In this document: positions 27,913 through 36,603 of the stretch, piece by piece
Position numbering within the stretch: the stretch's first letter is position 1
How the letters are laid out: each line of letters begins with the position of its first letter
Virus record (IMG/VR): IMGVR_UViG_3300023238_000006
Span: 1-64,000 of that record
DNA: 64,000 nt
DNA from: a virus
Lineage: Duplodnaviria > Heunggongvirae > Uroviricota > Caudoviricetes
Strand: one strand, 5' to 3'
Translations under genes and position numbers: made by a program
The notes under the pieces: model-generated
Seen by the model: only the letters and a program-made list of their open reading frames with translations
Database searches by the model: none
What the model was told of the DNA's origin: nothing

Positions 27913-28731
27913 ATGAATGAATCAGCTACGGGGGTAATTTTACCTGAGGATAATTTGATAAATACTGCATGGGCAAAGGAACAACTTGGAAGAGTAGACT
28001 TATTCTCTCAAGAACTCCTTAACTACGGTAAAGGTGAAATCTTCTTCATGCTACAGACAAACCTATCAACAGGTGGCTTTGAGCAATCAATCAACGACTT
28101 AGATTACACTGTAGAGACTGCTGTTAAATACATCAGCTACTTACAAAAGCGCTCAGTGCTAGATGCCATAAAGGCTAAGTACTACGTAGCTCTATCTCTA
28201 TCAGCAGCTGAATACATCCCAGACTCTGTTGAAGACGCTATTGCACTAGCAGACGTATGTCTAGCTAAATTCGGCAAATTAACTGCTGACAACCTTAAGA
28301 AGGCTGCTGAGACAACTGGTGTACTTCCTAAGAAGATGTCAGATGCTGCAATCTCTGTAGAGGCTATGAAGAAGAAAGCCCTCAACGAGTGGTTACTAAG
28401 CGAACACAGCCTATCAGACGATGATGTGTTACAAGCATCAACTATCAATACCACAGGGCGTGCAGAATACTTAGAGAAGATGCTACAAGCCTACAGCCTC
28501 CTAGAAGGCTGGAAAGCCTTCTACAACATCATTGCTAAATCTGTCCACGACTCAGGAAACTCTAAAGCCCTTCGCTTCTTATCAGATGTATCAGATGCCT
28601 CTAAGTCAATCGAAGAGTTTCTAGCATCAGAAGCTGCTAACACTAACTTAATGTCTCTCAAGGAAACCTTCGTAAATGAGGTCTACCCATCTATCAGCTA
28701 CAATGCTGAGATGGCTAAAGAGAGTAAGTAA
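27913..28731 (+). CDS. Hypothetical protein (272 aa).
   Basis: ORF track. RBS aaggattaacatATG. Confidence 0.5.
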   Translation: MNESATGVILPEDNLINTAWAKEQLGRVDLFSQELLNYGKGEIFFMLQTNLSTGGFEQSINDLDYTVETAVKYISYLQKRSVLDAIKAKYYVALSLSAAEYIPDSVEDAIALADVCLAKFGKLTADNLKKAAETTGVLPKKMSDAAISVEAMKKKALNEWLLSEHSLSDDDVLQASTINTTGRAEYLEKMLQAYSLLEGWKAFYNIIAKSVHDSGNSKALRFLSDVSDASKSIEEFLASEAANTNLMSLKETFVNEVYPSISYNAEMAKESK

Positions 28732-29276
28732 TGTTGCCTAAACTAGGTGATGTACTTGTAGCTATTGCTAGTAGTATAGTTGACGACCTTCCAATACTAA
28801 CTATAGGGTTAGGATACGAAGTGCACAAGTACTCCAGCGAGTATTCGGAAGGTGGGGTATTAAACTACCTACACATTATTGACGATCAAAACGAGCATTA
28901 TATGTTAGAAGAAGATTGGCACCAAACATTCAAACTAATGGATGACCAACCGGTGGAGAGTAACGAGCCGGTAGGTACTAACGACGCTGGCGAAGCACTA
29001 CAGTCTATTGAGGAAACTCTCATTCAACGCGGTAAACGCTATGGCGAATACTCTAAGGTTTCTGGTGTATCTCAAAGGCTTAAGGCAGTCCTCCAAAAGG
29101 GCATAAATGAGTCAGGTAAAAGCTACACAGAGTTACCTCCTTACATACGAGAATCTCTAGAGCTAATCTGTAACAAACTATCTCGTATAGTAAATGGTGA
29201 CCCTCTATACGATGACAACTGGCGTGACATAGCTGGGTATTCCCAGCTAGTAGTAGACGAACTTAATAAGGATTAA
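28731..29276 (+). CDS. Hypothetical protein (181 aa).
   Basis: ORF track. ATG overlaps the upstream stop. Confidence 0.5.
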   Translation: MLPKLGDVLVAIASSIVDDLPILTIGLGYEVHKYSSEYSEGGVLNYLHIIDDQNEHYMLEEDWHQTFKLMDDQPVESNEPVGTNDAGEALQSIEETLIQRGKRYGEYSKVSGVSQRLKAVLQKGINESGKSYTELPPYIRESLELICNKLSRIVNGDPLYDDNWRDIAGYSQLVVDELNKD

Positions 29277-29277
29277 T

Positions 29278-29418
29278 ATGTTTTACACCCTATCAGCAAT
29301 TGTATGGCTATCACTAGCACTAATGCAGTACCACTTCGGAGACATGACCGATACTAAAGATGTAGTAGGGGTTTGTACCGCTGTAATAGTAGCCCATATA
29401 TATGGCGTAAGGAATTAA
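29278..29418 (+). CDS. Small membrane peptide (46 aa).
   Basis: Manual translation. TAATATG coupling. Confidence 0.3.
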   Translation: MFYTLSAIVWLSLALMQYHFGDMTDTKDVVGVCTAVIVAHIYGVRN

Positions 29419-29419
29419 T

Positions 29420-29587
29420 ATGAAGCACATACCATTAGCAATAGGATGGCTATTCTTAATTATAGCCTTAACAGTTGCATTCTTCGGACTAGAAGAAACA
29501 AATAGTTTAATAACATACCACAGTAATATCATATGTGCAAACATATGGTTTGCCGTTAGTGCTGTTATATATAAACTAGAGGACTAA
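29420..29587 (+). CDS. Small membrane protein (55 aa).
   Basis: Manual translation. Hydrophobic. Confidence 0.3.
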   Translation: MKHIPLAIGWLFLIIALTVAFFGLEETNSLITYHSNIICANIWFAVSAVIYKLED

Positions 29588-29589
29588 CT

Positions 29590-29745
29590 ATGGATATTCC
29601 TCGCTGCAACTCTTGTATGTACTGGAAGGTCTCAACTAAGTCTCCAGCACTCATGGTGTGTGAGGCTGATACTAATCATATAGGCCTTATAGGCCCTACA
29701 TTCTACTGTGCTAACCACACTGTGGGTAAACATAAAGGAAAGTAA
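29590..29745 (+). CDS. Small Cys-rich, zinc-binding-like protein (51 aa).
   Basis: CNSCMYW...CEAD...FYCANH. Manual translation. Confidence 0.3.
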   Translation: MDIPRCNSCMYWKVSTKSPALMVCEADTNHIGLIGPTFYCANHTVGKHKGK

Positions 29746-30345
29746 ATGAAAGTAACAATACACTTAGCAACCCCACAAATACAAGTAGGTGAAATGGCTA
29801 AGATATGTTATGCTACTAAAGCGCTTGAGGCTGGTGGTAAAGATATAACAAATCAACTAGTATTTGGACACGGGCACTTAGCTGCCTTAAGGTTTGCATA
29901 TGTAACATTATCACTAGAAGGTATCTCAGTTGCCTGCCAAAACCAAATAGTAAGAAGTAAGCACTTAGACTTTATGGTACAGTCAAAACGCTATGTAAGT
30001 GCTGATAAGGGAGAGTTCAAATTCATCATGCCTGAAGGGTTAGATGAAGTTACTCAAACTTATATGCAAGGGCATTGGGATACAGCTTTAAGCTGCTACA
30101 CATCGCTATTAAAAAGTGGTGTAAAGAAAGAAGACGCAAGAGCAGTACTGCCAGCTAACACATCCACAAAGATGAACATTACAGGTAATCTACAAGCTTG
30201 GTGGAGTTTCTTTGTCCTCAGAATGACTCCGCATGCTCAAACTGAAGTACGTATGGTAGCTCATGCTATATTTGATAGACTTAAGGATCCATACCCAGAA
30301 GTATTTAATGATAAGTCATTAGCTATATTTACTAAGGCTAAGTAA
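29746..30345 (+). CDS. thyX: Flavin-dependent thymidylate synthase ThyX-like (199 aa).
   Basis: GHGHLAALRFAYVT, RSKHLDFMVQSKRY (a divergent RHR-x7-S-x-RY ThyX motif), and NITGNLQAWWSFFVLRMTPHAQTEVR, which matches the NLRAW.HF..LR...AQ.EIR block of ThyX. Confidence 0.6.
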   Translation: MKVTIHLATPQIQVGEMAKICYATKALEAGGKDITNQLVFGHGHLAALRFAYVTLSLEGISVACQNQIVRSKHLDFMVQSKRYVSADKGEFKFIMPEGLDEVTQTYMQGHWDTALSCYTSLLKSGVKKEDARAVLPANTSTKMNITGNLQAWWSFFVLRMTPHAQTEVRMVAHAIFDRLKDPYPEVFNDKSLAIFTKAK

Positions 30346-30555
30346 TGAACTCTCAAGAGTTTCAGCAACTAGTTGCCTTCATACGCAAATCACTAACCTA
30401 CTCCGCTATTGGGTTATCAACCCAAGAGCTACAAGCTCTATCACAACGGCTGGACTCAGATGCCTTTAAGGCAGCAGTAGCAGTAGATGAGTTTTTTGAG
30501 CTTAAGCGCCAAGAGGTAGCTTAATCTCTGACAACTTATTAATCAAAGGAAACAA

Positions 30556-30756
30556 ATGTTTACAACTAAATACAGAATCGTAAGAGACGCCTACAACGGA
30601 TACGAAGTACAGTATAGAAAGTGGTGGATGCCTCTATTTATGATGGCAGCCAGCAATGGCGCTGGTAGAGGTATAAATACATTTGGTAAACTAGATGAAG
30701 CTAAAGACCATATCCGTAAGCATAGAATTACGCATAAAATAGTGTACGAAGAATAA
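30556..30756 (+). CDS. Hypothetical small protein (66 aa).
   Basis: ORF track. RBS aaggaaacaaATG. Confidence 0.45.
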   Translation: MFTTKYRIVRDAYNGYEVQYRKWWMPLFMMAASNGAGRGINTFGKLDEAKDHIRKHRITHKIVYEE

Positions 30757-30758
30757 CT

Positions 30759-30947
30759 ATGGAAGAACAAATACAAGAAGTCTACGAAGAACTATTGAAC
30801 TACCTAGACAACTCACCACTGAACATATCTACAGCTATCTACTACGACGTACTATGGCAACTAGCAGAAGACGAGATTAACAACCGTCTACAAGACAAAG
30901 CAGACTATGAAAGAGATGCTATTAAAAATGGAGATTACGATGACTAA
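30759..30947 (+). CDS. Hypothetical small acidic protein (62 aa).
   Basis: ORF track. Confidence 0.4.
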   Translation: MEEQIQEVYEELLNYLDNSPLNISTAIYYDVLWQLAEDEINNRLQDKADYERDAIKNGDYDD

Positions 30948-31281
30948 ACTACAAGAACTACAAGGTAAGATCCTAGAGGCAGAAGATGCTGCAGGACTGG
31001 TAAACCCAGAAGAGTATGAAACACTATATAAGATATTAGTTAAAGCCTACTACTATGCGAAAGATATTATAGCCTTGCAAGACCCTATTAATGTAATGTT
31101 AGAGGATGTTAATACTGATATCCTCCAGGATGAGCTAGATACAGCTAAGGCTGAACTTGTTCAACGGGATAAGACTATCATTAGTCTTAATGAAGAGGTT
31201 GATGTATTAATAACGTCAATAGCTTCATTCTCCTCAAAGATGGAAGCTATTACTAAACTATCAGCCTATGCCTCAGAGTAA
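30907..31281 (+). CDS. Hypothetical coiled-coil protein (124 aa).
   Basis: ORF track. Confidence 0.45.
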   Translation: MKEMLLKMEITMTKLQELQGKILEAEDAAGLVNPEEYETLYKILVKAYYYAKDIIALQDPINVMLEDVNTDILQDELDTAKAELVQRDKTIISLNEEVDVLITSIASFSSKMEAITKLSAYASE

Positions 31282-31480
31282 ACGCCACTCAACAATAGAA
31301 GCATTCGTCAACACGGTTAGCGGTATACTACTAGCAGTATATGTAGCTCAGCCAATCATCTTTAGTTTCTATGGAATACATATGAGCACCTACGACAACT
31401 TTGGTATAGCTATAAGCTTCACAGCATTTAGCTTCACCAGAGCCTATCTACTACGTAGGATATTTAATAAACTGACATAA
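31268..31480 (+). CDS. Small membrane protein (70 aa).
   Basis: ORF track. Confidence 0.4.
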   Translation: MPQSKRHSTIEAFVNTVSGILLAVYVAQPIIFSFYGIHMSTYDNFGIAISFTAFSFTRAYLLRRIFNKLT

Positions 31481-31489
31481 AGGACTTTA

Positions 31490-32323
31490 ATGTTTAAAGA
31501 CAAAACAATTGCCATATACGACATTGAAAGTCCTTGGATAACTGATGCAGGAATCTCTGCCTTAACCCAAATATATTGTATAGGGGTGGTAACACTACTA
31601 AATGGCAATATCATAGATAAGAAGATGTATACCGAACACTGGACTACCTACTCAGATGGTTCATTAGTAGAATGTATGACTGCATTAAACTCTGCAGACA
31701 TTCGTGTAGCATTCAACAACATTGGATTCGATGACGTTGTAATGTCTAACGTTATAGGTGTAGGGATGCCTATAATATCTAGCACTCTGGACTTCAACTC
31801 CTTAGACTTAATCATATGCGCTAAGCTATGCTACAGCAAAGATGAACTAATGGCTATAGATATAGAGCTAAACCTAGATAAAGCCTTATGGGGTTCTTAC
31901 TCCTTACGAGCCTTTGGAGCTCGTCTAGGCAACGCTAAGATGCACTTCGATGAATTCGATGGTGGACTTACAGAAGACCTCTGTACGTACTGTATACAGG
32001 ATTGTGTGGTAACTGCAGACCTGTTTATACACCTGACTCAAAAAGAAAACTTTCCGATAGCTGCTGTACTAACAATAGAACATAAAGCTAGCACAATCAT
32101 CCAAGAGCAGACATTCCACGGATTTTATATTGATATAACTAAGACCAGAGCCCTTAACACTAAACTTCTCAAAGAGAAGCTAGAGATAGCTACTGAACTA
32201 AGCAAGACCTTTATGCCCAAATGGCTACCAGACGGTAAGGTACTTACCTATAAAAAGAAAAGTATAACTAGGAAGTTTCTTCCTAACAACAGTTACATTC
32301 CCCTACTGGGCACAAAGGTTTAA
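31490..32323 (+). CDS. Family A (T7-like) DNA polymerase, N-terminal fragment: 3'-5' proofreading exonuclease domain plus the start of the thumb (277 aa).
   Basis: Exo I IAIYDIES. Exo II FNNIGFDD (T7 FHNGHKYD). Exo III YCIQDCVVTADLF (T7 YNVQDVVVTKALL). Collinear with T7 gp5 residues about 1-300. Confidence 0.8.
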   Translation: MFKDKTIAIYDIESPWITDAGISALTQIYCIGVVTLLNGNIIDKKMYTEHWTTYSDGSLVECMTALNSADIRVAFNNIGFDDVVMSNVIGVGMPIISSTLDFNSLDLIICAKLCYSKDELMAIDIELNLDKALWGSYSLRAFGARLGNAKMHFDEFDGGLTEDLCTYCIQDCVVTADLFIHLTQKENFPIAAVLTIEHKASTIIQEQTFHGFYIDITKTRALNTKLLKEKLEIATELSKTFMPKWLPDGKVLTYKKKSITRKFLPNNSYIPLLGTKV

Positions 32324-32324
32324 A

Positions 32325-32489
32325 ATGAAATACTCTCAAATGATAGCAATACACACCACAGCACTACTACTGTTAGGGGTAGCACTGGCTATATACCCAA
32401 TACTATTACCTATAGTCCTACTAGCTATGTGTGTAGTCCTAGTTGTACAAGCTGGAGTTGAGCTATACCACTGGCTGACTAATGTCTAG
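32325..32489 (+). CDS. Small membrane protein (54 aa).
   Basis: Manual translation. TAAAATG follows the DNAP-exo stop. Confidence 0.35.
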   Translation: MKYSQMIAIHTTALLLLGVALAIYPILLPIVLLAMCVVLVVQAGVELYHWLTNV

Positions 32490-32589
32490 CATAGGTGTAG
32501 CTGAGGCTATACTAACTATGGGGATATTAATAATATTAATAACGTTCATAGGCACATACTGTGCTGTTGAACACTCTAAGAAAAACTAA
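32482..32589 (+). CDS. Small membrane peptide (35 aa).
   Basis: Manual translation. Confidence 0.25.
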   Translation: MSSIGVAEAILTMGILIILITFIGTYCAVEHSKKN

Positions 32590-32864
32590 ACTACCTTCCT
32601 CCTGGCATTGCTAATACCATATAAGCCCAATGGCGTCTATTGGTCTTCCGCTGACGTACACTCGCTAAGACTAACTCCATTCATCTTCATTGGAGTATAA
32701 CATTAAGATGACCGAGAAGGGCACTATCATACTAACATCCGCAGCTCGGTATATAAAAATAAGAGCAAGGGATGTATGGCGGGACTAATACACCTTGCTT
32801 AATACAAACGTAATACAGAAAGATACTGTATAACAGACCCAGAGGCCGTTGAGGTAACGCTGCG

Positions 32865-32954
32865 GTAGGTGTAAAGTAGTCCGGTAACACTTGGTGTATC
32901 ATTTACCTGCAGAGGTATGCATCTAGATCGCTGGTTCAAATACAGCCACCTACC
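32865..32954 (+). tRNA. tRNA-like element with a 7-bp acceptor GTAGGTG/CACCTAC, a D-arm AAGT..ACTT and a T-arm GCTGG-TTCAAAT-ACAGC. The 37-nt middle region (anticodon/variable) could not be folded by hand.
   Basis: Manual base-pair check. Class II or intron-containing tRNA, or a tRNA-like decoy. Confidence 0.25.
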
Positions 32955-34348
32955 ATGAGAGAAGACTCAAACAACATTCCCGAACTTACAGTTCTAATCT
33001 ACCTTCATCGCGGATAGAAATTAGATAACCCTACAGGCTCCCGGCGGGCTGTGTAGGTTGAAACAAGCCATACTACTTAGGCTAAACTAGTAGCAGAGCA
33101 TAACTGCAATATCCGTCTGGTCCCCGTAAGGGACTCTATAAACTCCTAGTGAGCATACACACTAAGACAGGAATACAAGAGACTGCCTGACTACGCAGTG
33201 TATTGCGTAATACACCCAGTCAGTTGTGTGTTCTCTAGGGTTTTATACCCAAAGTTTCTATCAGCTTGATGATGGCGTATATCCTACGACACAAGGATCA
33301 ACACCGTGCCTCTTATCAAGGCTAGTACGCTGGTTGTATACGTATGAAGAAGTAGCTTGATACCTACATTTGAACCAAAACCGGTAACTGCTCCCGTTAA
33401 GGGCTCTGAGACGAGAAGGCTCTCGCCTTCTCTCCACAGCCTAGCAGCTAAGTTCCTAAGAGCATATAGATAACTGTTCCATAGATGTAAGCTGATGCCC
33501 AACGCTATGACTAAGTAACCCTAGAGCCCAACGAGATTAATTATCTCACCACACATTTGGATAGCACGTCGAGAGTCACTATGCCGGTCCATTGTAGATA
33601 CTCAATGCTATATGTTCTTAGGAGCTTATCCCTCCTGAAAAAAGCTAGTAACTTAATTACTCTTCTTAAACGTCAATGCACTATTATGCCCCAGATGTGA
33701 ACAGGGAATGCCTGGCAACGTATATAGGGAATGTTGTGAAGTGTCTTGCGTATTAGCACCATAGGTAGCACTTGGAGTATAGGTACCTAGCGACCTGCAC
33801 TCGAAAATTATATCAATGCGCTAAGCCCTTGTTGATACCTTGGGAGATGTCTACACTCGATGTGAGGGGACGCTAAATACAAGATCATCAGACCACTAGT
33901 TACCCATCACTAGTATAAATAAGATGGGCAATATGTAAACGTATAAAGTAGGGTTGCCTACAAATGTGGCTGTCCTCGAGGCTTGTAGACCACATCCTAT
34001 TAAGGTGCAGTTCAACTCTGATTCGTTTACACCAAAAATAAGTACCAGTCATCTAACTAGTCAAGAAGCTCCATTAAAGGAGCTAATGTGAGTGCAACTC
34101 TCACCTGGTACACCAGCTCCGTATAGAGTATAAACGATTCAGTCAAGAGTAAAGACTATAACTTATCCCCTCGGGATTGAAGCTTCAAAAAGTACGTCAC
34201 TGTGGAACAGGACTTAAAAGAAACAGTAGGTTCCTCACGTACCTTAAACGTGGGTGCATATGCTGCAGCCTGGTTGGCACGAGAGGTTCGATTCCTTTAA
34301 CAGCACTAGATATATCGAAAGATCCTCATATCTTAAATGGGGACGTAA

Positions 34349-34424
34349 GTACCATTAGCTTAATCGGTAAAAAGCGTCGACTATTAAAACATAAGATACT
34401 GGTTTGAATCCAGTATGGTACACA
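34349..34424 (+). tRNA. tRNA-like element with acceptor GTACCAT/ATGGTAC, U8, a D-arm GCTT-AATCGGTAAA-AAGC containing GG, and a T-arm ACTGG-TTTGAAT-CCAGT. The anticodon stem does not pair.
   Basis: Manual folding. Probable degenerate or pseudo-tRNA. Confidence 0.2.
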
Positions 34425-35190
34425 AAACAATGGGGCGAGCATTACAGAGGCAGGATGAATTTGCAACTTCATCAGTGAGTTTGACTCTCACCGCTCCACC
34501 ATGATACCACCTATGAGCATAAGTTATAAGCCAGGAATAAAACCGCCTGCAGTACCGAACAGTAAGGTACAGTGTTACCGGTCCACTTATGTTCTTAGGT
34601 GTTATCACCAGTCCCCAGCTAAGACTTAAAATAAATGCACTCCAAGCCATTATGAGTATAAACCATTGGCAGTACCCGCCGATAGCAGGGGCAGTTTAAG
34701 TGCTAACCAAGTCTCCGGAAGCTCATCTAGGTCAAGACTTTAAACTGACCCTAAACGAAGCAGGTTTTACCGTTGTACCTTAAACAATGGCTACGACTAT
34801 CCCTGTGGGTACATACAGGAAGACAGGATAAGTATACACTGCCTGAAGCGTGTAGTTAGTTGCGCACATCTAACCCAGTGCTGTATGTATCCTCAGGGGT
34901 CGTCTAGCTAAAGAATGACCGCTAATCATAAACTATAGCAGCGTGGCAAACAGAGCTGAAAGACTCAATACCAACCAGAGGTACCGGACGCTATAAAAAT
35001 TCGGGGTAGACGGAGTTAACCATAGGTGTACAACTACTGGTGCAAAAGCAATAAACTTATGAAGGTTATATACTCTCCTTTGGAGATCAAGTATGTAGCC
35101 TTTAGTAAGTTTATACAATACGTAACATAGTACAGATTAAAGCCATAAAAGGTACTTAATCTGTATTATAATAAACATTAAAGGAACCAG

Positions 35191-35529
35191 ATGGAAACAA
35201 CTCTACTAACAATAGCCCTAATACTAATCACCCACTTCGTGGCTGATTTCGTACTCCAATCAGACTACGTAGCTAAGAACAAATCTAAATCTAACTGGGT
35301 ACTACTACAACACGGCACTATCTATATGATACCCTTCATCATCATAATAAGCCCACTCTACGGCCTAGTTAACGCTATCCTGCACATTGCTGTGGATTAC
35401 TTCACATCACGTGCTACAGGTAAGCTATGGGCTGCTGGTAAGACTCATGACTTCTTTTTAGTTATAGGATTTGATCAGTTATTACATTCACTAACGCTAA
35501 TAGGTACTTACTACTTATTAGTATTATAA
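35191..35529 (+). CDS. Small polytopic membrane protein (112 aa), first gene of the NAD-salvage operon.
   Basis: ORF track. Three hydrophobic segments. RBS aaaggaaccagATG. Confidence 0.5.
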   Translation: METTLLTIALILITHFVADFVLQSDYVAKNKSKSNWVLLQHGTIYMIPFIIIISPLYGLVNAILHIAVDYFTSRATGKLWAAGKTHDFFLVIGFDQLLHSLTLIGTYYLLVL

Positions 35530-35537
35530 GGACTTCT

Positions 35538-36062
35538 ATGCTTAAATACGGAATAATACTTGGGAGATGTCAGCCCATGCATTTAGGCCACCAACACATT
35601 ATCAACAAAATAATATCGGATGGACTAACACCTGTAGTAGTACTAGGCTCTTCACAAGAAGCTGGTACTACTAAGAACCCATATCATCCACTACAACGTA
35701 TACACATGCTTCGCCTAGTATACCCAGATATCAAATGCTTCGCATTAGATGATGCTGACTGCTGGGACGAATGGTACAACAAGCTTATAAACTCAATAGA
35801 GTTAGTAATAACTGATGACTTATCAGAAGTAACTATCTACCTCCACGACAAACTTGAAGACTTACAAGACTTCACCTTTAGAGGTATAGACTATTTCAAT
35901 GAGTCATACAGCAAAGTCTACGAAGTAGACGGTATGCATACAACTAAGCTAGCTATATCTGATATTCAGATTAGAGCTAAATCAATACGTGAAGACTTAG
36001 AAGGTAATAAACACTTCTTAGATACTAACGTGTATAACTATATAAAGGGACTTAATGACTGA
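35538..36062 (+). CDS. Nicotinamide/nicotinate mononucleotide adenylyltransferase (NadM/archaeal-type NMNAT, 174 aa).
   Basis: GIILGRCQPMHLGHQHII is the G-R-F-Q-P-F-H-x-G-H nucleotidyltransferase signature of NadM-type NMNAT. Confidence 0.7.
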   Translation: MLKYGIILGRCQPMHLGHQHIINKIISDGLTPVVVLGSSQEAGTTKNPYHPLQRIHMLRLVYPDIKCFALDDADCWDEWYNKLINSIELVITDDLSEVTIYLHDKLEDLQDFTFRGIDYFNESYSKVYEVDGMHTTKLAISDIQIRAKSIREDLEGNKHFLDTNVYNYIKGLND

Positions 36063-36603
36063 TACAACAATAGAATGGCAATCCCCTGAGACAACACCAG
36101 CAGGTGATCCGTTCCTAACAGTAAAGAAAGCTAGAGGTTACTACTACTACGCAGAGCGTGGGGGAGTAGACTCTATAGCCTTCGTACTGCTGGATAAAAC
36201 AGCTAACAAGATTGGTCTTATACTAGAGAGTAAACCTCCTATGGATGAAATGGCTTCAATTGAAGTTGACTACATCACTGCATTTGGGGGGTCTATAGAC
36301 TCACCAGACTCTAAGACTGATATAGTTATAACTGAGGTATTAGAGGAAGCTGGTTACGTAGTAACAGCTGATAATGTAACTGAAGTTGGATCAACTGTGG
36401 TATCGACCCAAATGAGTCAAACACTTTACGCCTACACAGTAGACGTTACAGGTATACCTAAGACTGCAGAGACTGAGTACGAGTCTCAAGGTAAAGGTGA
36501 TAGAACACAGTGGATGACATTCACTGAAGCATTAGCAAACTCTGACTGGAAGTCTATATTTATTATGACTATGTTAGGGCACAAGCTAGATGGAGCTAAA
36601 TAA
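36055..36603 (+). CDS. Nudix hydrolase (ADP-ribose pyrophosphatase-like, 182 aa).
   Basis: Nudix-box-like GGSIDSPDSKTDIVITEVLEEAGY. 8-nt overlap with the NMNAT gene. In other phages NMNAT and Nudix are fused as NatV. Confidence 0.6.
   Translation: MTDTTIEWQSPETTPAGDPFLTVKKARGYYYYAERGGVDSIAFVLLDKTANKIGLILESKPPMDEMASIEVDYITAFGGSIDSPDSKTDIVITEVLEEAGYVVTADNVTEVGSTVVSTQMSQTLYAYTVDVTGIPKTAETEYESQGKGDRTQWMTFTEALANSDWKSIFIMTMLGHKLDGAK

Larger units (their letters stand above)
32590..35190. ncRNA. A 2.6-kb island with no ORF longer than 88 aa in the supplied track, inside an otherwise dense coding genome. It is rich in nested hairpins, GNRA-like loops and tRNA T-loop motifs. It is a candidate large structured ncRNA or a degenerate tRNA array.
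   Basis: The 6-frame track shows only four short ORFs here (61-88 aa). Examples of structure are given in the finding covering this range. Confidence 0.35.

Noticed and set aside
28795-28812. AATACTAACTATAGGGTTAGG, a partial T7-promoter look-alike.
   Set aside because: It lies inside a coding region (28731-29276), lacks the GACTC block, and is three positions short of the consensus. It is probably coincidental.
34255-34306. A GGTTCGATTCC T-loop with a 5-bp T-stem, tentatively tested as a tRNA 3' half.
   Set aside because: No complementary 5' acceptor strand lies within tRNA distance (only 13 nt upstream before a partial match). It is kept only as part of the larger structured-RNA region.
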